Shown here one piece after another: positions 1 to 10,800 of a stretch of 35,599 nt of DNA (position 1 is its first letter; each line of letters starts with the position of its first letter). The position numbers and the translations under genes were made by a program. This DNA comes from an uncultured Alphaproteobacteria bacterium (GTDB lineage: Bacteria; Pseudomonadota; Alphaproteobacteria; Rickettsiales; UBA6187), in NCBI GenBank assembly GCA_937907045.1, contig CALCTU010000123.1, forward strand, positions 1-35,599, read 5' to 3'. Under the pieces are notes generated by a model. It worked only from the letters and a program-made list of their open reading frames with translations, did not search any database and was not told the DNA's origin.

Positions 1-1
1 A

Positions 2-1438
2 GACAAAAAAATCCCTTATGCGTTAAAAGCAAAGCGAGTTGCTACAACGTTGGCAGAAAAATTAAAAGTACCCCCATTTTTGCAGGGTGAAGGTGTTATT
101 AATGTTGCATATGGTCGCCCAGAATCTGAACAAACACTAATAGATAGAAGAGTTTTTCAAAAACATGGTATTGATTTCAGGCGATTGACAAAACAGGATA
201 TTGCATCGTATGGATATAATTTCAAAGGTTCATTTGAAGAAAGGTTAAGAGAGTTCATTGATGTTATTAGGACTGACCATCAAGATTATGCAGATGATAT
301 TTTTGAGAGGTTGTTAAAAAAGTTAAATGTTCAATGCTCTAAAGAGCCTAGTGTGATGTTTGACCGGATATACCACCAATATCATACCAATGAGCGTGAT
401 TTCATTGATAAACTCAAAGAAGTGCAAGAATCATGTCGAAAAGCCAGGCCGTCACGCTTTCAAAGGCTGAAAGATTGGATGTATTCTCCTGGTGCACCAG
501 ATAAAAGGGCTGAGGCTCCAGTGAGGTGGTGGCCACCGGCTGTTGTTGATATTTATGACATCTATTCCGGTTTGTTCCGACTAGAACAAAAAGGTTCGGT
601 TTGGCTGATTGAAGGGGATTGTATTATTGACCCAAGAATATATACAAGGTTAGCCGAGATTATTGCTGATAATGGTGGTCAAATTAAGCATCAGATGATT
701 GAAGATGTTATTCGTGTTCCGGGTAAGGAATTTGTTGGCATAAAATACGCTAGTGGGGAATACGCTGCCTCACCAAGAGTGTATTTAACATTAGGTGCAA
801 ATACAAAATTTAAAGCTGAAAATGATATTGTAGAGGTTGAACCAACTGTGAATGGAGTTGGTTGGTCACTGGTGGTGTTGGTTGAGGGAGTTTCCCTTAA
901 GACATCGGCTAATATGGGTGGGTGTCATTTTACGGTTATTGGTACAACTGAATCAGATGGTAAACATTATTCATTACTCAAAGTTACCGGTGGCGGGCTC
1001 ATCACAGATGGGCAAGGAAAAGAGCCAAGAGGGGCTGCTGTTCAACATCTGGAATATATTTTAAATATAGCTGGGGGGCATGTTCTTAAAGATTTCGATT
1101 ATACAATCGTTCAGGCTAGATCATGTTCTCGTAGTGTAAATGCTACTAACAGTGTCAAAACTACATATGCAATGCATGATGATAAAGATAATAATCCTAT
1201 GTTGGCTATTTCTACTGGTTGGGGTGGAACCGGAGGTACAGAATCTCCCGCTGTTGCATTAGATGTTGCTGCCACTCAGATGTATCCAGATAACATATTA
1301 CCCAACAAATTGCCTTCCACTGAAGTAAAAAATCCCGAGTGCAAGCCAAATATGTATGGGTATTTAAAAAGGATTTTTAATGGAAATTGTGATCCCACTA
1401 AATTTCCTGATTCTGGTGGTGTTAGGAGGCCATTGTAA
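2..1438 (+). CDS. Hypothetical protein, probably 5'-truncated by the window edge; weak pattern-level resemblance to DAO-type FAD oxidoreductases
   Basis: The frame is open from nt 2 (DKKIPYALKAKRVATT precedes the TTG at 50), so the true start may lie upstream of the window. Stop is TAA 1436-1438. The segment WLIEGDCIIDPRIYTRLAEIIADNGGQI...VGIKYASGEYAASPRVYLTLGANTK loosely follows the substrate/FAD-domain pattern of DAO-family flavoenzymes. No GxGxxG is visible, so function is unassigned. Confidence 0.5.
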   Translation, partial: DKKIPYALKAKRVATTLAEKLKVPPFLQGEGVINVAYGRPESEQTLIDRRVFQKHGIDFRRLTKQDIASYGYNFKGSFEERLREFIDVIRTDHQDYADDIFERLLKKLNVQCSKEPSVMFDRIYHQYHTNERDFIDKLKEVQESCRKARPSRFQRLKDWMYSPGAPDKRAEAPVRWWPPAVVDIYDIYSGLFRLEQKGSVWLIEGDCIIDPRIYTRLAEIIADNGGQIKHQMIEDVIRVPGKEFVGIKYASGEYAASPRVYLTLGANTKFKAENDIVEVEPTVNGVGWSLVVLVEGVSLKTSANMGGCHFTVIGTTESDGKHYSLLKVTGGGLITDGQGKEPRGAAVQHLEYILNIAGGHVLKDFDYTIVQARSCSRSVNATNSVKTTYAMHDDKDNNPMLAISTGWGGTGGTESPAVALDVAATQMYPDNILPNKLPSTEVKNPECKPNMYGYLKRIFNGNCDPTKFPDSGGVRRPL

Positions 1439-3377
1439 CGTGGCGCTTACCACGAATTGCGGTTAGTGAGCTGCCATCAGATGAATTTTTTTTTTCGGTA
1501 ACATTTCCAAAAATAGTTCTTTTTGCAGGAAAGGTAATGGTTACGGCAGTTCCTTTACCAGCTTTGCTTTGAATATCAAGGGTGGCTTCGTGGGCGGTGA
1601 CATATGTTTTGATGAGCCATAAACCTAGGCCAATTCCTTCTTCTTTGCGGGCAAGCGAGCTATCAAGCTGAGTGAATTTCTCAGTAGCTTTCGGGATGTC
1701 CTCTTTTTTCATCCCAATGCCGTTATCTTGTACACTTAACGTGAGTTGGTGGCCCGATGTTTTTAAATGAACATGAACAGGGTGGTTTGGTGCAGAGAAT
1801 TTAATGGCATTATTAATTAGATGTAAGCAAATCTGTTCTAGGCGATGCCCATCTCCTCGAAGTTGAGGAATATTCTCTTCTATGGTGGTGTAAATAGGGA
1901 TCTTCTTCTCATTGGCTAGTTCGGATAATGTACTTAAAGCTTTATTTAATACATGCTCCATATCAACATTTGAGTGATTAAGGTCAATACCAGCGTCTGA
2001 TTCGGTTTTAGTAACATCTAAAATGTCGTTAATCAAAGACAATAAATGATTACCGGACTTGTATATGTCATTAACATATTCTTTGTAATGTTCATTAGAA
2101 ACGGGACCCAATATTTCACGCTTCATCATTTCGGAGTAGCCAATAACCGCGTTAAGAGGTGTACGCAATTCATGGCTAATACTAGCCAGAAATTCTGATT
2201 TTGCACGGCTTGCTTTTTCGGCTGTTTCTTTGGCAATGGTTAGTTTGTGGTCAATGCGCTGAATTTTATTCATCTTGCGTTGAAGTTCAATGAGCTGATG
2301 CGCTAGAACCGATGTTTCGTAAGATGGAGTTCTGGGTACTTGTGTAATTTTTTCGCCATTATTAACCTTCTCCGCTACTTCAGAAAGCATAGCAAGGGGT
2401 TTAATCATATAAAGGCGAAATAAATACATTAATACCAAAAAGAAAATGCCCAGAATAATAATTTCAAGAATACGAGGTGTCAGAAAGGTGCTGTACTCTC
2501 TTGCAAGGTAAGTATCGCTATAGCCAGTCAGGATAGTATAAGGGTATGCTGGCATATTGTAGGCGTGCGTATAAGTAATATTATTTTTAAAACTTCGTAT
2601 TGGATCGGGGAGTATTCCTACGCTAGTAAAATCCTGATTGAGAAAATCTTTTGTAGTGTCTGGAATTTTTTTGAAATGGTTGCTCTCAGGGTCCGTGTTA
2701 TTGTCAATCGACTGAAGAATAATGCGTTGATGCTGATCTAGGACAATATAGCTGACATTAGAAGATCCCATGATATGAGAGATGCGTTGTTGTAATTTTT
2801 CAATATTGAACTTTACTGCGATAATGCCTAAAAAATCATTGTTAGCATCAACGATTCCGGTGCCCGATGGTATGACCCATTCGCCATTAGTTTTTCCAAC
2901 ATCTGGTTTGGAAACGTTTAATATCCATGGATGAATTCTACTTTCGAACGTGTATTGTTGGTGAGATACATCCACAGGAGGGGTTATAATTCCTTCTTTG
3001 CTATTAACCATTTGCATGTTGTCAGCAGAGATCCAATCAAAAAGAGACCATGAGAAAGTAGTGTTTGTTTGCTGCATTCGATTTTCTTGAGAGGTGCTCT
3101 TAAAAAGCTGATAAATAAACTCAAGGTCATCAGGGCCGCGGTTTGCAATTTGATCTCCCATATATACGAGAATACGATTGGTAAAATCAAATGTTTCTGC
3201 AATGACGCGCTCTATTTGTTTGGTATCGTTGCTAAGTCGGTGCTGATGTTGTTCGTCAATTGATTGGCATATGAACCATGCTACAATGGTTGCTAAAAGC
3301 AGTAATCCAGCTACTGTAAAGCTAGCGAATAAAAAATAATCGCGCGAGATAGAGGGCTTTTTTATTTGTAGCTGCAT
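1422..3377 (-). CDS. Membrane sensor histidine kinase with Cache-like extracytoplasmic domain (orphan, no adjacent response regulator)
   Basis: 651 aa. TM1 is FLFASFTVAGLLLLATIVAWFI. A ~270-aa outside region has a Cache-like pattern (GEWVIPSGTGIVDANNDFLGIIAVKFNIEKL). TM2 is ILEIIILGIFFLVLMYLF. H-box SHELRTPLNAVIGYSEMM, N-box HLINNAIKF, G-boxes DNGIGM and GIGLGL. Confidence 0.85.
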   Translation of the reverse strand: MQLQIKKPSISRDYFLFASFTVAGLLLLATIVAWFICQSIDEQHQHRLSNDTKQIERVIAETFDFTNRILVYMGDQIANRGPDDLEFIYQLFKSTSQENRMQQTNTTFSWSLFDWISADNMQMVNSKEGIITPPVDVSHQQYTFESRIHPWILNVSKPDVGKTNGEWVIPSGTGIVDANNDFLGIIAVKFNIEKLQQRISHIMGSSNVSYIVLDQHQRIILQSIDNNTDPESNHFKKIPDTTKDFLNQDFTSVGILPDPIRSFKNNITYTHAYNMPAYPYTILTGYSDTYLAREYSTFLTPRILEIIILGIFFLVLMYLFRLYMIKPLAMLSEVAEKVNNGEKITQVPRTPSYETSVLAHQLIELQRKMNKIQRIDHKLTIAKETAEKASRAKSEFLASISHELRTPLNAVIGYSEMMKREILGPVSNEHYKEYVNDIYKSGNHLLSLINDILDVTKTESDAGIDLNHSNVDMEHVLNKALSTLSELANEKKIPIYTTIEENIPQLRGDGHRLEQICLHLINNAIKFSAPNHPVHVHLKTSGHQLTLSVQDNGIGMKKEDIPKATEKFTQLDSSLARKEEGIGLGLWLIKTYVTAHEATLDIQSKAGKGTAVTITFPAKRTIFGNVTEKKNSSDGSSLTAIRGKRHVTMAS

Positions 3378-3673
3378 GGGAAGTGTTACGCGGGTGAATA
3401 TTACTGGACAACAAATAAAACATCATACTAATGTTGGATTGAGCTCTAACATTGCAAAACCCATCCCCAAGATTATAGAAATGTGAGTAAAATTGTAAAC
3501 AGCTATTTACACAGTGTTGGAGAGAGTATAGGTTATTTTATGGTGGCGTAACGTATGCGCCCGTTATGCTACGCGAGATTCTGATAGATTTTTATATGTT
3601 TTTCTGAAAATATTTCTGATTTACTTTGTATTTGCGGTTTTATGTAATGTTTCGTAACAAGGGGTAAAATCTA

Positions 3674-4375
3674 ATGACGAATGCTGATTACAGCGAGGTA
3701 TTGTGTGCTGCGCGCAAAAAACAACAAAAAGCTATTGCTGATGCTGCGTCTGCGCTTAATATTAAGCCTGAATATCTTGAGGCAATTGAATCTGGTGATA
3801 CCGAAGGTATTGCTGGTAGGGTTTATTTATCGGGTTACATTAAATCTTATGCTAACTGGTTAGGTTTGGACGGTAATGAACTTGCTGCGCAGTTCAAGTT
3901 GTCTCAGCATGAGCTTAAACTACCTCAGCATCATGTTAAATCAGTTCAACATGGAAGTTTTGCTGGATCAGGTGCTGATCAATTTTATGCAATGATTCCT
4001 GATCGATTGGTGCTTGTGTTGAGTTTATCGTTATTGATAGCTGTTGCCATTGGGTGGCATATGACACATCAATCTAATGTATTAACCCCCAGATATCATC
4101 CGGTGATTGAATCTGTTGCAGTGAAGCAAGTAAACCCACTTCAGGAATTGATTGGCAAGGCATTGGTATTAAGTGCCAAAGAAGAGGTGGTGGTTACACT
4201 GACTCAAGGTGATAATATCACCAAGCAAGAACTGCTAACTGGTGATGTTATGTTTGTGACTTTATCCGAAGGTGATCGTCTTACAGCGGACAATCCAAGT
4301 CGTGTAGAGATTTTTACGGCTGACCAAGAAAGTAGCTTTATAGGGACATTAGAAAACGTGATGGGTGACTCTTAG
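3674..4375 (+). CDS. rodZ: Cytoskeleton/shape protein RodZ-like (HTH + TM + C-terminal DUF4115-like domain)
   Basis: The N-terminal HTH region ends in the RodZ-typical LEAIESGD...GRVYLSGYIKSYANWLGLD. There is a single TM (LVLVLSLSLLIAVAIGW). The C-terminal beta-rich part is LVLSAKEEVVVTLTQGDN..LLTGDVMFV..GDRLTADNPSRVEIF. Confidence 0.7.
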   Translation: MTNADYSEVLCAARKKQQKAIADAASALNIKPEYLEAIESGDTEGIAGRVYLSGYIKSYANWLGLDGNELAAQFKLSQHELKLPQHHVKSVQHGSFAGSGADQFYAMIPDRLVLVLSLSLLIAVAIGWHMTHQSNVLTPRYHPVIESVAVKQVNPLQELIGKALVLSAKEEVVVTLTQGDNITKQELLTGDVMFVTLSEGDRLTADNPSRVEIFTADQESSFIGTLENVMGDS

Positions 4376-4462
4376 TTTTCAATATTCTCTTAAAAAAGCA
4401 TGGTGTATATACCAATCACAGACGAAATTGTGAGCAACTTTATTTATGAGTAGCTCATGAAT

Positions 4463-4496
4463 GAGCCGATTTAGCGGCATAATCGGCTCATTTTTT
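4463..4496 (+). terminator. Rho-independent terminator candidate downstream of rodZ
   Basis: Perfect 9-bp stem GAGCCGATT (4463-4471) / AATCGGCTC (4481-4489) with a 9-nt loop. It is followed by A then TTTTTT (4491-4496). Confidence 0.5.
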
Positions 4497-4533
4497 CCTA
4501 TTTTTTGAGCCGATTTGATGGTGTAATCGGCGC
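4463..4533. repeat. Two direct copies of a 27-nt hairpin element (4463-4489 and 4507-4533)
   Basis: Copy 1 is gagccgatttagcggcataatcggctc and copy 2 is gagccgatttgatggtgtaatcggcgc. They match at 21/27 positions by my alignment. Both fold as stem-9 nt loop-stem. Copy 2 abuts the fic ATG at 4534. Confidence 0.55.
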
Positions 4534-5248
4534 ATGACCTACCACTGGAAGCTAAAAGACTGGCCTCATTTTACCTATGAACTTTCGGGTTTAGAGGAAA
4601 AATTACTTTTGTGTGCTCAATATTTGGGAAGATATGAGGGGCGTTTGTCTTCGTTGTCAAAAGAGTTGCACTTAGAATCAGTGCTAGAGATTATGGTGGT
4701 GGAAGCGGTTAAGACATCTGAAATTGAAGGTGAGTATATTAGTAGAACAGATATACGCTCATCCCTTTGAAGATGGAAATGGTCGTATTGGCAGAGCATT
4801 GTCGGAAAAAATATTAATTTATCATTCAAATTCATTTTTTCCAATATCATTGTCCAAGGCCATAGAATCCAAGAAAAAAATGTATTATGCCCAATTAGAA
4901 CAAGCGCAAAAGACATTGGATATGACCCAATGGATTACCTATTTTGTAGATGTTGTGTTACTAGCATTTGAACAAACTGAAGAGTGGACAGAGTTTGTTA
5001 TAAAGAAAGCGAATTTTTACGACACTTATGGATCATCTTTAAACGTAAGGCAGAATAAAGTCATTAGACGAATGTTGGATGAAGGGCCAAAAGGTTTCGA
5101 AGGTGGTATCAATGCCAAAAAATATATCTCTATTACGGGTTGCTCAAAAGCGACAGCCACGAGAGATCTGCAAAGTTTGTTAGCAATGGGAGTATTAAAG
5201 CATTTATCGGGTGCAGCCAGAGGTATACGTTATCAAATAGTCCTTTGA
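4534..5248 (+). pseudogene. Fic/DOC-family protein, disrupted (internal deletion plus frameshift)
   Basis: ORF 4534-4770 encodes a Fic N-terminal (DUF4172-type) region, MTYHWKLKDWPHFTY...SEIEGEYI. ORF 4724-5248, in another frame, starts almost directly at the Fic active-site motif HPFEDGNGRIGRAL and continues into a C-terminal wHTH-like part. The ~130 aa that normally separate SEIEGE from HPFxxGNGR are missing. The frame switches around 4750-4770. Confidence 0.75.
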
Positions 5249-5444
5249 TGGTATTTTCTAAAAATGACGTTACCCTATTTCATTAACGTAATAAGCGGAC
5301 GCTAGGTGTAACTGCATTTTTTAATAAATGCTGTTCTGCATTTTTTTCCTGGTTATTTATCGCTATACACCTTAGTATAAAACTATTAGTTGGACGTGCG
5401 GTAAGAGGTTTGACTGAGGCTGGCTTAGAGGTTACCAAGTTGGC

Positions 5445-7895
5445 GTGTTTCTTTTTTTAATCAGCGAGTTAATGAGCTCTATGCTTGGTAAGGTATTCGA
5501 TGCGCTGAAAAAGTTTAATGAACCAACATCTGATGTGATGTTGGAGTCCCCTGTTCCTGACTTTATTCCTTATGCATGTCACTTTGATAAAGAGACCATT
5601 CTAACTAAAAATGGTGAGTTGGTTCAAACCATCAAAATTACCGGTTTTTCAGGAGAAGTCATTGGTGCTGAAAAAACAGGATTACGATCGGTTGTCCGTG
5701 AGGCAATAAAAAACCATATTCCTGATGAACATTATGCTTTGTGGATTCACACTATTCGTAGAAAGCAAAGTTTGGATCCAGGAGGGCATTATAGCAACGA
5801 GTTTTCGCATTCACTAAATCAAGCGTGGAAAGCACGACACTCCTGGGGCAGTAAATACGTAAATGAAGTCTATATTTCTGTGATTAGAAGTGGGGCATCG
5901 GCACAAATGGTGGATGTTCAAGGGCTTCTTATGGCGTTGTCTAGCAAGTCATTAAATTATCATCATAGCAAGAAGCTAAACGCCATGAGCAAAGAGCTTA
6001 ATAACGTAACTGATGCTATGTTGGAAACCTTAGGTGGTTTTGGTGCAAGAAAATTATCCATTGTACAACATGAAGGCATTTCATATTCTCAGCCAGCCAG
6101 CTTTTTTGGAAAGATTCTTAACTTGGCAGATGTGCCCATGCCAGTTCCGGTAGAAGATTTATCTACCTATCTTGCTAGCAATCGTGTTGCATTTGGTTTT
6201 AACGCAACTGAGGTGCGAGGGCGTGCTGGTAAACGATTTGGTGCTATTTATACCATTAAAGAGTACCACGAAATACCGTCATCAGCATGGGATCAATTTT
6301 TACAATTGCCCATGGAATTTATTGTTACCCAAACACTTGATTTTGTGAATGCATCGGTTGCCCAGTCACAATTTAAACGCCAATATGATGTGCTGCAGGC
6401 AAGTGGTGCTGAAAAGTTGGCAAAGATCAGTGGACTACAAGAAATTATGCAGGGTGATACGGGCTCGCCACTTGATTTTGGACAAAGTCAGCTTACCATT
6501 ATGTTTATTGATGATGAGCTTGAAAAATTGAATAAAGACTTAGAAAATGCGGCGCAAGTGTTCCGGAACATGGGGATATTGGTTACCCGGCGCGATTTAC
6601 GATTAGAAGAATGTTTTTGGGCACAGTTACCAGCAAATTTCTCTTATATCTCGCGATCCAGGCCCATTGATACAAACAGGGTAGGAGGACTAGCTTCACT
6701 GTACAATTTCCCAGCTGGAAAACGTAAAGGAAATAAGTGGGGGGTAGCAACTACCGTATTTTATACGGATGCGGGTACACCATATTTCTTTAATTTTCAT
6801 GACGAACATTCAGGTCATACATCCATTATAGGTCCATTTGGTGCGGGTAAAACAGTCATCATGAATTTCTTGGTATCTGAGGCACAAAAATATAATGGAA
6901 AACTCTTCTTTTTTGATCAAGGACGTGCCTCTAAGGTTTTTATTAATGCGATTGGTGGACATTATAGCGTGATTAAGCCAGATGAAGCATCGGTAGATTA
7001 TGCATATAATCCATTGAACATTCTTAATATAGAAGACAGTAAAGTTAATCGCGACTATCTAAAGCGCTGGATGCTATTAATGGTTAGCTCACAGCAGGAT
7101 GAGATCTCTGATCAGGAGCGTGATATTTTAAGTAAGTCAATTGACTATATTGCTACCGTTACAAAAGACTACCGAGTACTTCGTCATGTTGTAGAATTTA
7201 TTCAGAAGCAACCCGATTCAGAGCGGCTGTTGCAGAGTTTGTCTCCCTGGGTGGGTAGTGGCAAATATGCGCACTTGTTTGATAATATGAGGCAAGATAG
7301 TGTGCCACTGGATGGTATGATTTATGGATTTGGTATGAGTCATATTATTGAGGATAAGGCGACATTAGGCCCTGTGTTATCGTATTTATTTCATCGTATT
7401 GAAATGGCATTAGATGGAACTCCTACTGTAGTGGTGTTGGATGAGGCCTGGAATTTAGTTAATAACCCAACTTTTGCTCCCGGTTTGGCTGATTGGTTAG
7501 ATCGTTTGGCCGCCAATAATGCTATTGTGATATTTGCCACCGAAAGCGTCGATAATGCTAGTAAAAGTCAGATTACGAATACCATTGTAGAGCGTATTGC
7601 GACTCAGATATTTTTACCGAATGTACAAGCATATAGTTCGAGTGTCGCATATAAAAAAATATGGGGGTTATCGCCCAATGAATTTGAAATGTTAACGTCT
7701 ATGACGGTACAAAAAAGACAATTTATGTTACGGCAAGGAGGGGATGCGGTGGTTGCTTCTCTTGATTTAGAAGGGATTAAAGAGCTTTCAGTCTTGTCAG
7801 GAAGTGACGAAAGTGTTAAAATGATGGAGGGGGCAATAGAAACCAAAGGTGATGACCCTGGAAACTGGCTACAAAGATTTTATGAGATGGCTTAG
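5445..7895 (+). CDS. virB4: Type IV secretion system ATPase VirB4/TrbE family
   Basis: The N-terminal VirB4 signature is FIPYACHFDKETILTKNGELVQTIKITGF. Walker A is GPFGAGKTV and Walker B is VVVLDEAW. Size is ~800 aa. The track start is GTG 5445, but ATG 5472 (MSSMLGK) is an equally plausible start. Confidence 0.9.
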   Translation: MFLFLISELMSSMLGKVFDALKKFNEPTSDVMLESPVPDFIPYACHFDKETILTKNGELVQTIKITGFSGEVIGAEKTGLRSVVREAIKNHIPDEHYALWIHTIRRKQSLDPGGHYSNEFSHSLNQAWKARHSWGSKYVNEVYISVIRSGASAQMVDVQGLLMALSSKSLNYHHSKKLNAMSKELNNVTDAMLETLGGFGARKLSIVQHEGISYSQPASFFGKILNLADVPMPVPVEDLSTYLASNRVAFGFNATEVRGRAGKRFGAIYTIKEYHEIPSSAWDQFLQLPMEFIVTQTLDFVNASVAQSQFKRQYDVLQASGAEKLAKISGLQEIMQGDTGSPLDFGQSQLTIMFIDDELEKLNKDLENAAQVFRNMGILVTRRDLRLEECFWAQLPANFSYISRSRPIDTNRVGGLASLYNFPAGKRKGNKWGVATTVFYTDAGTPYFFNFHDEHSGHTSIIGPFGAGKTVIMNFLVSEAQKYNGKLFFFDQGRASKVFINAIGGHYSVIKPDEASVDYAYNPLNILNIEDSKVNRDYLKRWMLLMVSSQQDEISDQERDILSKSIDYIATVTKDYRVLRHVVEFIQKQPDSERLLQSLSPWVGSGKYAHLFDNMRQDSVPLDGMIYGFGMSHIIEDKATLGPVLSYLFHRIEMALDGTPTVVVLDEAWNLVNNPTFAPGLADWLDRLAANNAIVIFATESVDNASKSQITNTIVERIATQIFLPNVQAYSSSVAYKKIWGLSPNEFEMLTSMTVQKRQFMLRQGGDAVVASLDLEGIKELSVLSGSDESVKMMEGAIETKGDDPGNWLQRFYEMA

Positions 7896-10800
7896 GGTAA
7901 CACAAGACGGTTCTATCGGTCTTGGTGTGTGGTTGCCCGTTTTAGCTGTATTGTATGTACTTGTTACTGTAACAAGCACCCCTGCTTTTGCCGGTAGGAC
8001 AAAAGAGGTGCGAGCCGGTAATGATACTACATTTAATCGTGCTACCATCGAAGTAACCTACGATGATCCGCTGTGGTTTGGATCGCATACTTCTACATTA
8101 ACACATGGTGAATGTAGTTGGATGGGGCATTTTTTAATCCGGGTATGTGCACGTCTTGCAGAACCTATTCCTGAAAAATTTCCAAATGATGCGGGTTATG
8201 ATCCGAACAATCCTGATAATAACCGGGGCAGAGAAAATTTTGGTAATAGAACTGGCCTAGAAGGTGATCCTCGTATTCAGCTTTGTGCGTATGAAGATCC
8301 GTGTGATGGTATGGATCCTCCGGATGGTATTTGCCTGTTATGGGAAAACAACATTAGTCCTTTTCATAAACATACTCCCAATCAAGATGCAATTAGTATG
8401 TCTAATGCCATTTTAATTGGTGGAGCAGCGGCCGTAGTAGCCGGTCCTTTTGGTATTGTTGCGGGTATGTTTACGGGAGCGATGGTGTCATTAATTACCT
8501 CGCATTTTAATCATGTTGTCATAGAAACGCTTGGCTGCGTGGATGTGCCAATGCCTCCTATGCCTCCTGAGTGGTGTAATGATTGCTGGTATGTGCCATA
8601 CTATCCAACACCTGAAATAGAATCTGCGCCAGATGCGACTTTCTTTGATCCTGCTGTTAAAATTACAATTTGTCAAAATAGTGAGAGCCTTCGTGACCCT
8701 AAGGAACTTGAAAAATGTTCACATGAGGACGCTGTAGTACTTGAATCATTTGAGTTGCATCCAAACTTGTCAAACATGACTATGAGAGATGGTAGGCCGC
8801 TATATAGAGAATGTAAGGTTCCTTCTGCTCCAAATGATTCAAGGAATTTTTGTGCTGAAGTTTCAACTGCACGACCTTGGGAAACATGTGTGTTTAGAGA
8901 AATGAGCGATGGTGACAGAGCGATGCTTGCTTGTGTAGACCGTCCGCCTGAAGGTCAAGGTATACCCAAGCCTACTATTTCTCAAGAAAGAGATACTTTT
9001 GATGGTGCCAGGGTAACCATTCAGTATCCTGATCCAGGTGAAGGAATCTTACAGCTTAGAGAAGATCCTGCGTTATTTGATGGAAAAGAGGAAACAGTAC
9101 CAAATCCTGATTGGACAGAACATTGTGGTTATTTACAGCAATATGAATTTTGTTTATTCCGCCCATGTGAAGGGGATGACGGAACATCAGGTCCAGGTAG
9201 TCAATGTGACAATTACGAAGATTATTTATGTGTGAGTGGTTATTCGCCGCCTTATGGTGTGGCCATCAATGTTAATACGGGGGATGTTATTGAGGGAACG
9301 CCAAACAAAGAGAATCCGGTAATTAATGCTGGAGAGGCGGAGTGGATTTATCAACCACCGTTTTGTTGGGAACGCGATCCTGTAACACTTGATTGTAAAA
9401 ACTATACTGGTGAGTGTTGTTCAATGGCGCCTGATCCAGAAGATCCTTCAGCGATAGTTGATACATGTCCAGGTATAGTAGGTCCTTATACAGACGAAGA
9501 AGGGATGTGTTTGCATTATGTGCCTCATGTGGGTGTGGATGTATATACGTTAGATACAGATCCAATTGATCCGGCATGTCCTACAACAACTGGAGAAACC
9601 GAGCCACTGGACTGTAGACCAAAAGAAACAGTGCGTCCATTGACCCCTAAAGAAATGGGGATGTGCCTTAGAGTGCCAGATTCAAATTTCTTAACGATTG
9701 AAAATGGTCCCACTACATTTGATTATAATGTACCAAATGCATGTGGACGAGTACAAGTGCGTATGTGGGCCGGTGGTGGCCGTGGCCATGCATCTGGAGG
9801 AGGAGATAGTAATGACTTTTCAGGTGGTTCTGGTTCGTATGCACAGCTTGAGTTGGACGTTGACCCGTTAGATACAATTGAGTTTGTAGTAGGAGGGGGA
9901 TCCGTAGGTGGCGGTAATTGGCATGGTTATCCTTCGTGCCTTGCAATTGCAGACGATCCACCCGTTGCGCTTAATTGTAATGATGTGGATGCCATTACAG
10001 TAAATCCAGGTAAAGGTCATAATGTTAGTGTGCCGGTGGATTCATATGGTATTGGAAATGCTGGTGTCTTGCCAGAAGGTTATGATTCAGGGGCATGGCG
10101 ATGGAAAGGTGAAGATTGTCAAACTGGTAATAGTAATGCTGGGTGTTACATTATGGACCAAACCCGACACGGATATTCAGGTGGTCATAGTGGAAATGGT
10201 ATTCATGGTCCAGCAGGTGGCAATACACCTCCGTGGTGGTGGTATATCAATAGAGCGCTTAGTGTGGGGCCGGCAGGGGTCAATTATCACTCGCGGTTTA
10301 GTGAAGGTTACATTGGCTGTTGGCCAGATGGGGTACGTCCTCATCCTCGCTCCATATACACAGAACTTCCAGATGAGCCGTTAAGGCCTGGAGGAGCCCA
10401 GCCACAATATACGGTTAATGTCAGTAGTTATGGTACAGTAGGTGATTTTGATGCTGTGACGGTAACGCCAATGGCAGAAACAATTTATTTTGGGAAGATT
10501 AATATTTCTGGCCAAGACGAGTTCTTTATACGCTCATATAATGTTGACGGCGAGCTTGAGGCAATACCAAGGATGTCGTCAGTTACACAGTCAGACGGGG
10601 GAGAAGGGTTTGAAATGCCAGAATCCAGTGGTGCTGACCCATATATCAAATTATCTGATCTGAAACCAAGCCAGGAGCTTGCCCTTGCCAGAAAACATTC
10701 TGTGTATAATGAACTGGCTGCAAAATTGGATAATTGGATTGCCGACCCATCGATTGCTGGTTTAACGGAAGATATTATTCAAGATACCCAAATTATTGCC

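Noticed and set aside
4617-4916. 99-aa minus-strand ORF across the fic lesion
   Set aside because: It is antisense to recognisable Fic coding sequence and has no motif. It most likely arises from the AT-rich, decayed region.
8491-10384. Several 60-120-aa ORFs in alternative frames inside the giant ORF (8491-8676, 9038-9235, 9323-9961, 10022-10384)
   Set aside because: All are nested in the uninterrupted 1,241-codon frame. They are short, low-complexity and lack independent translation signals.
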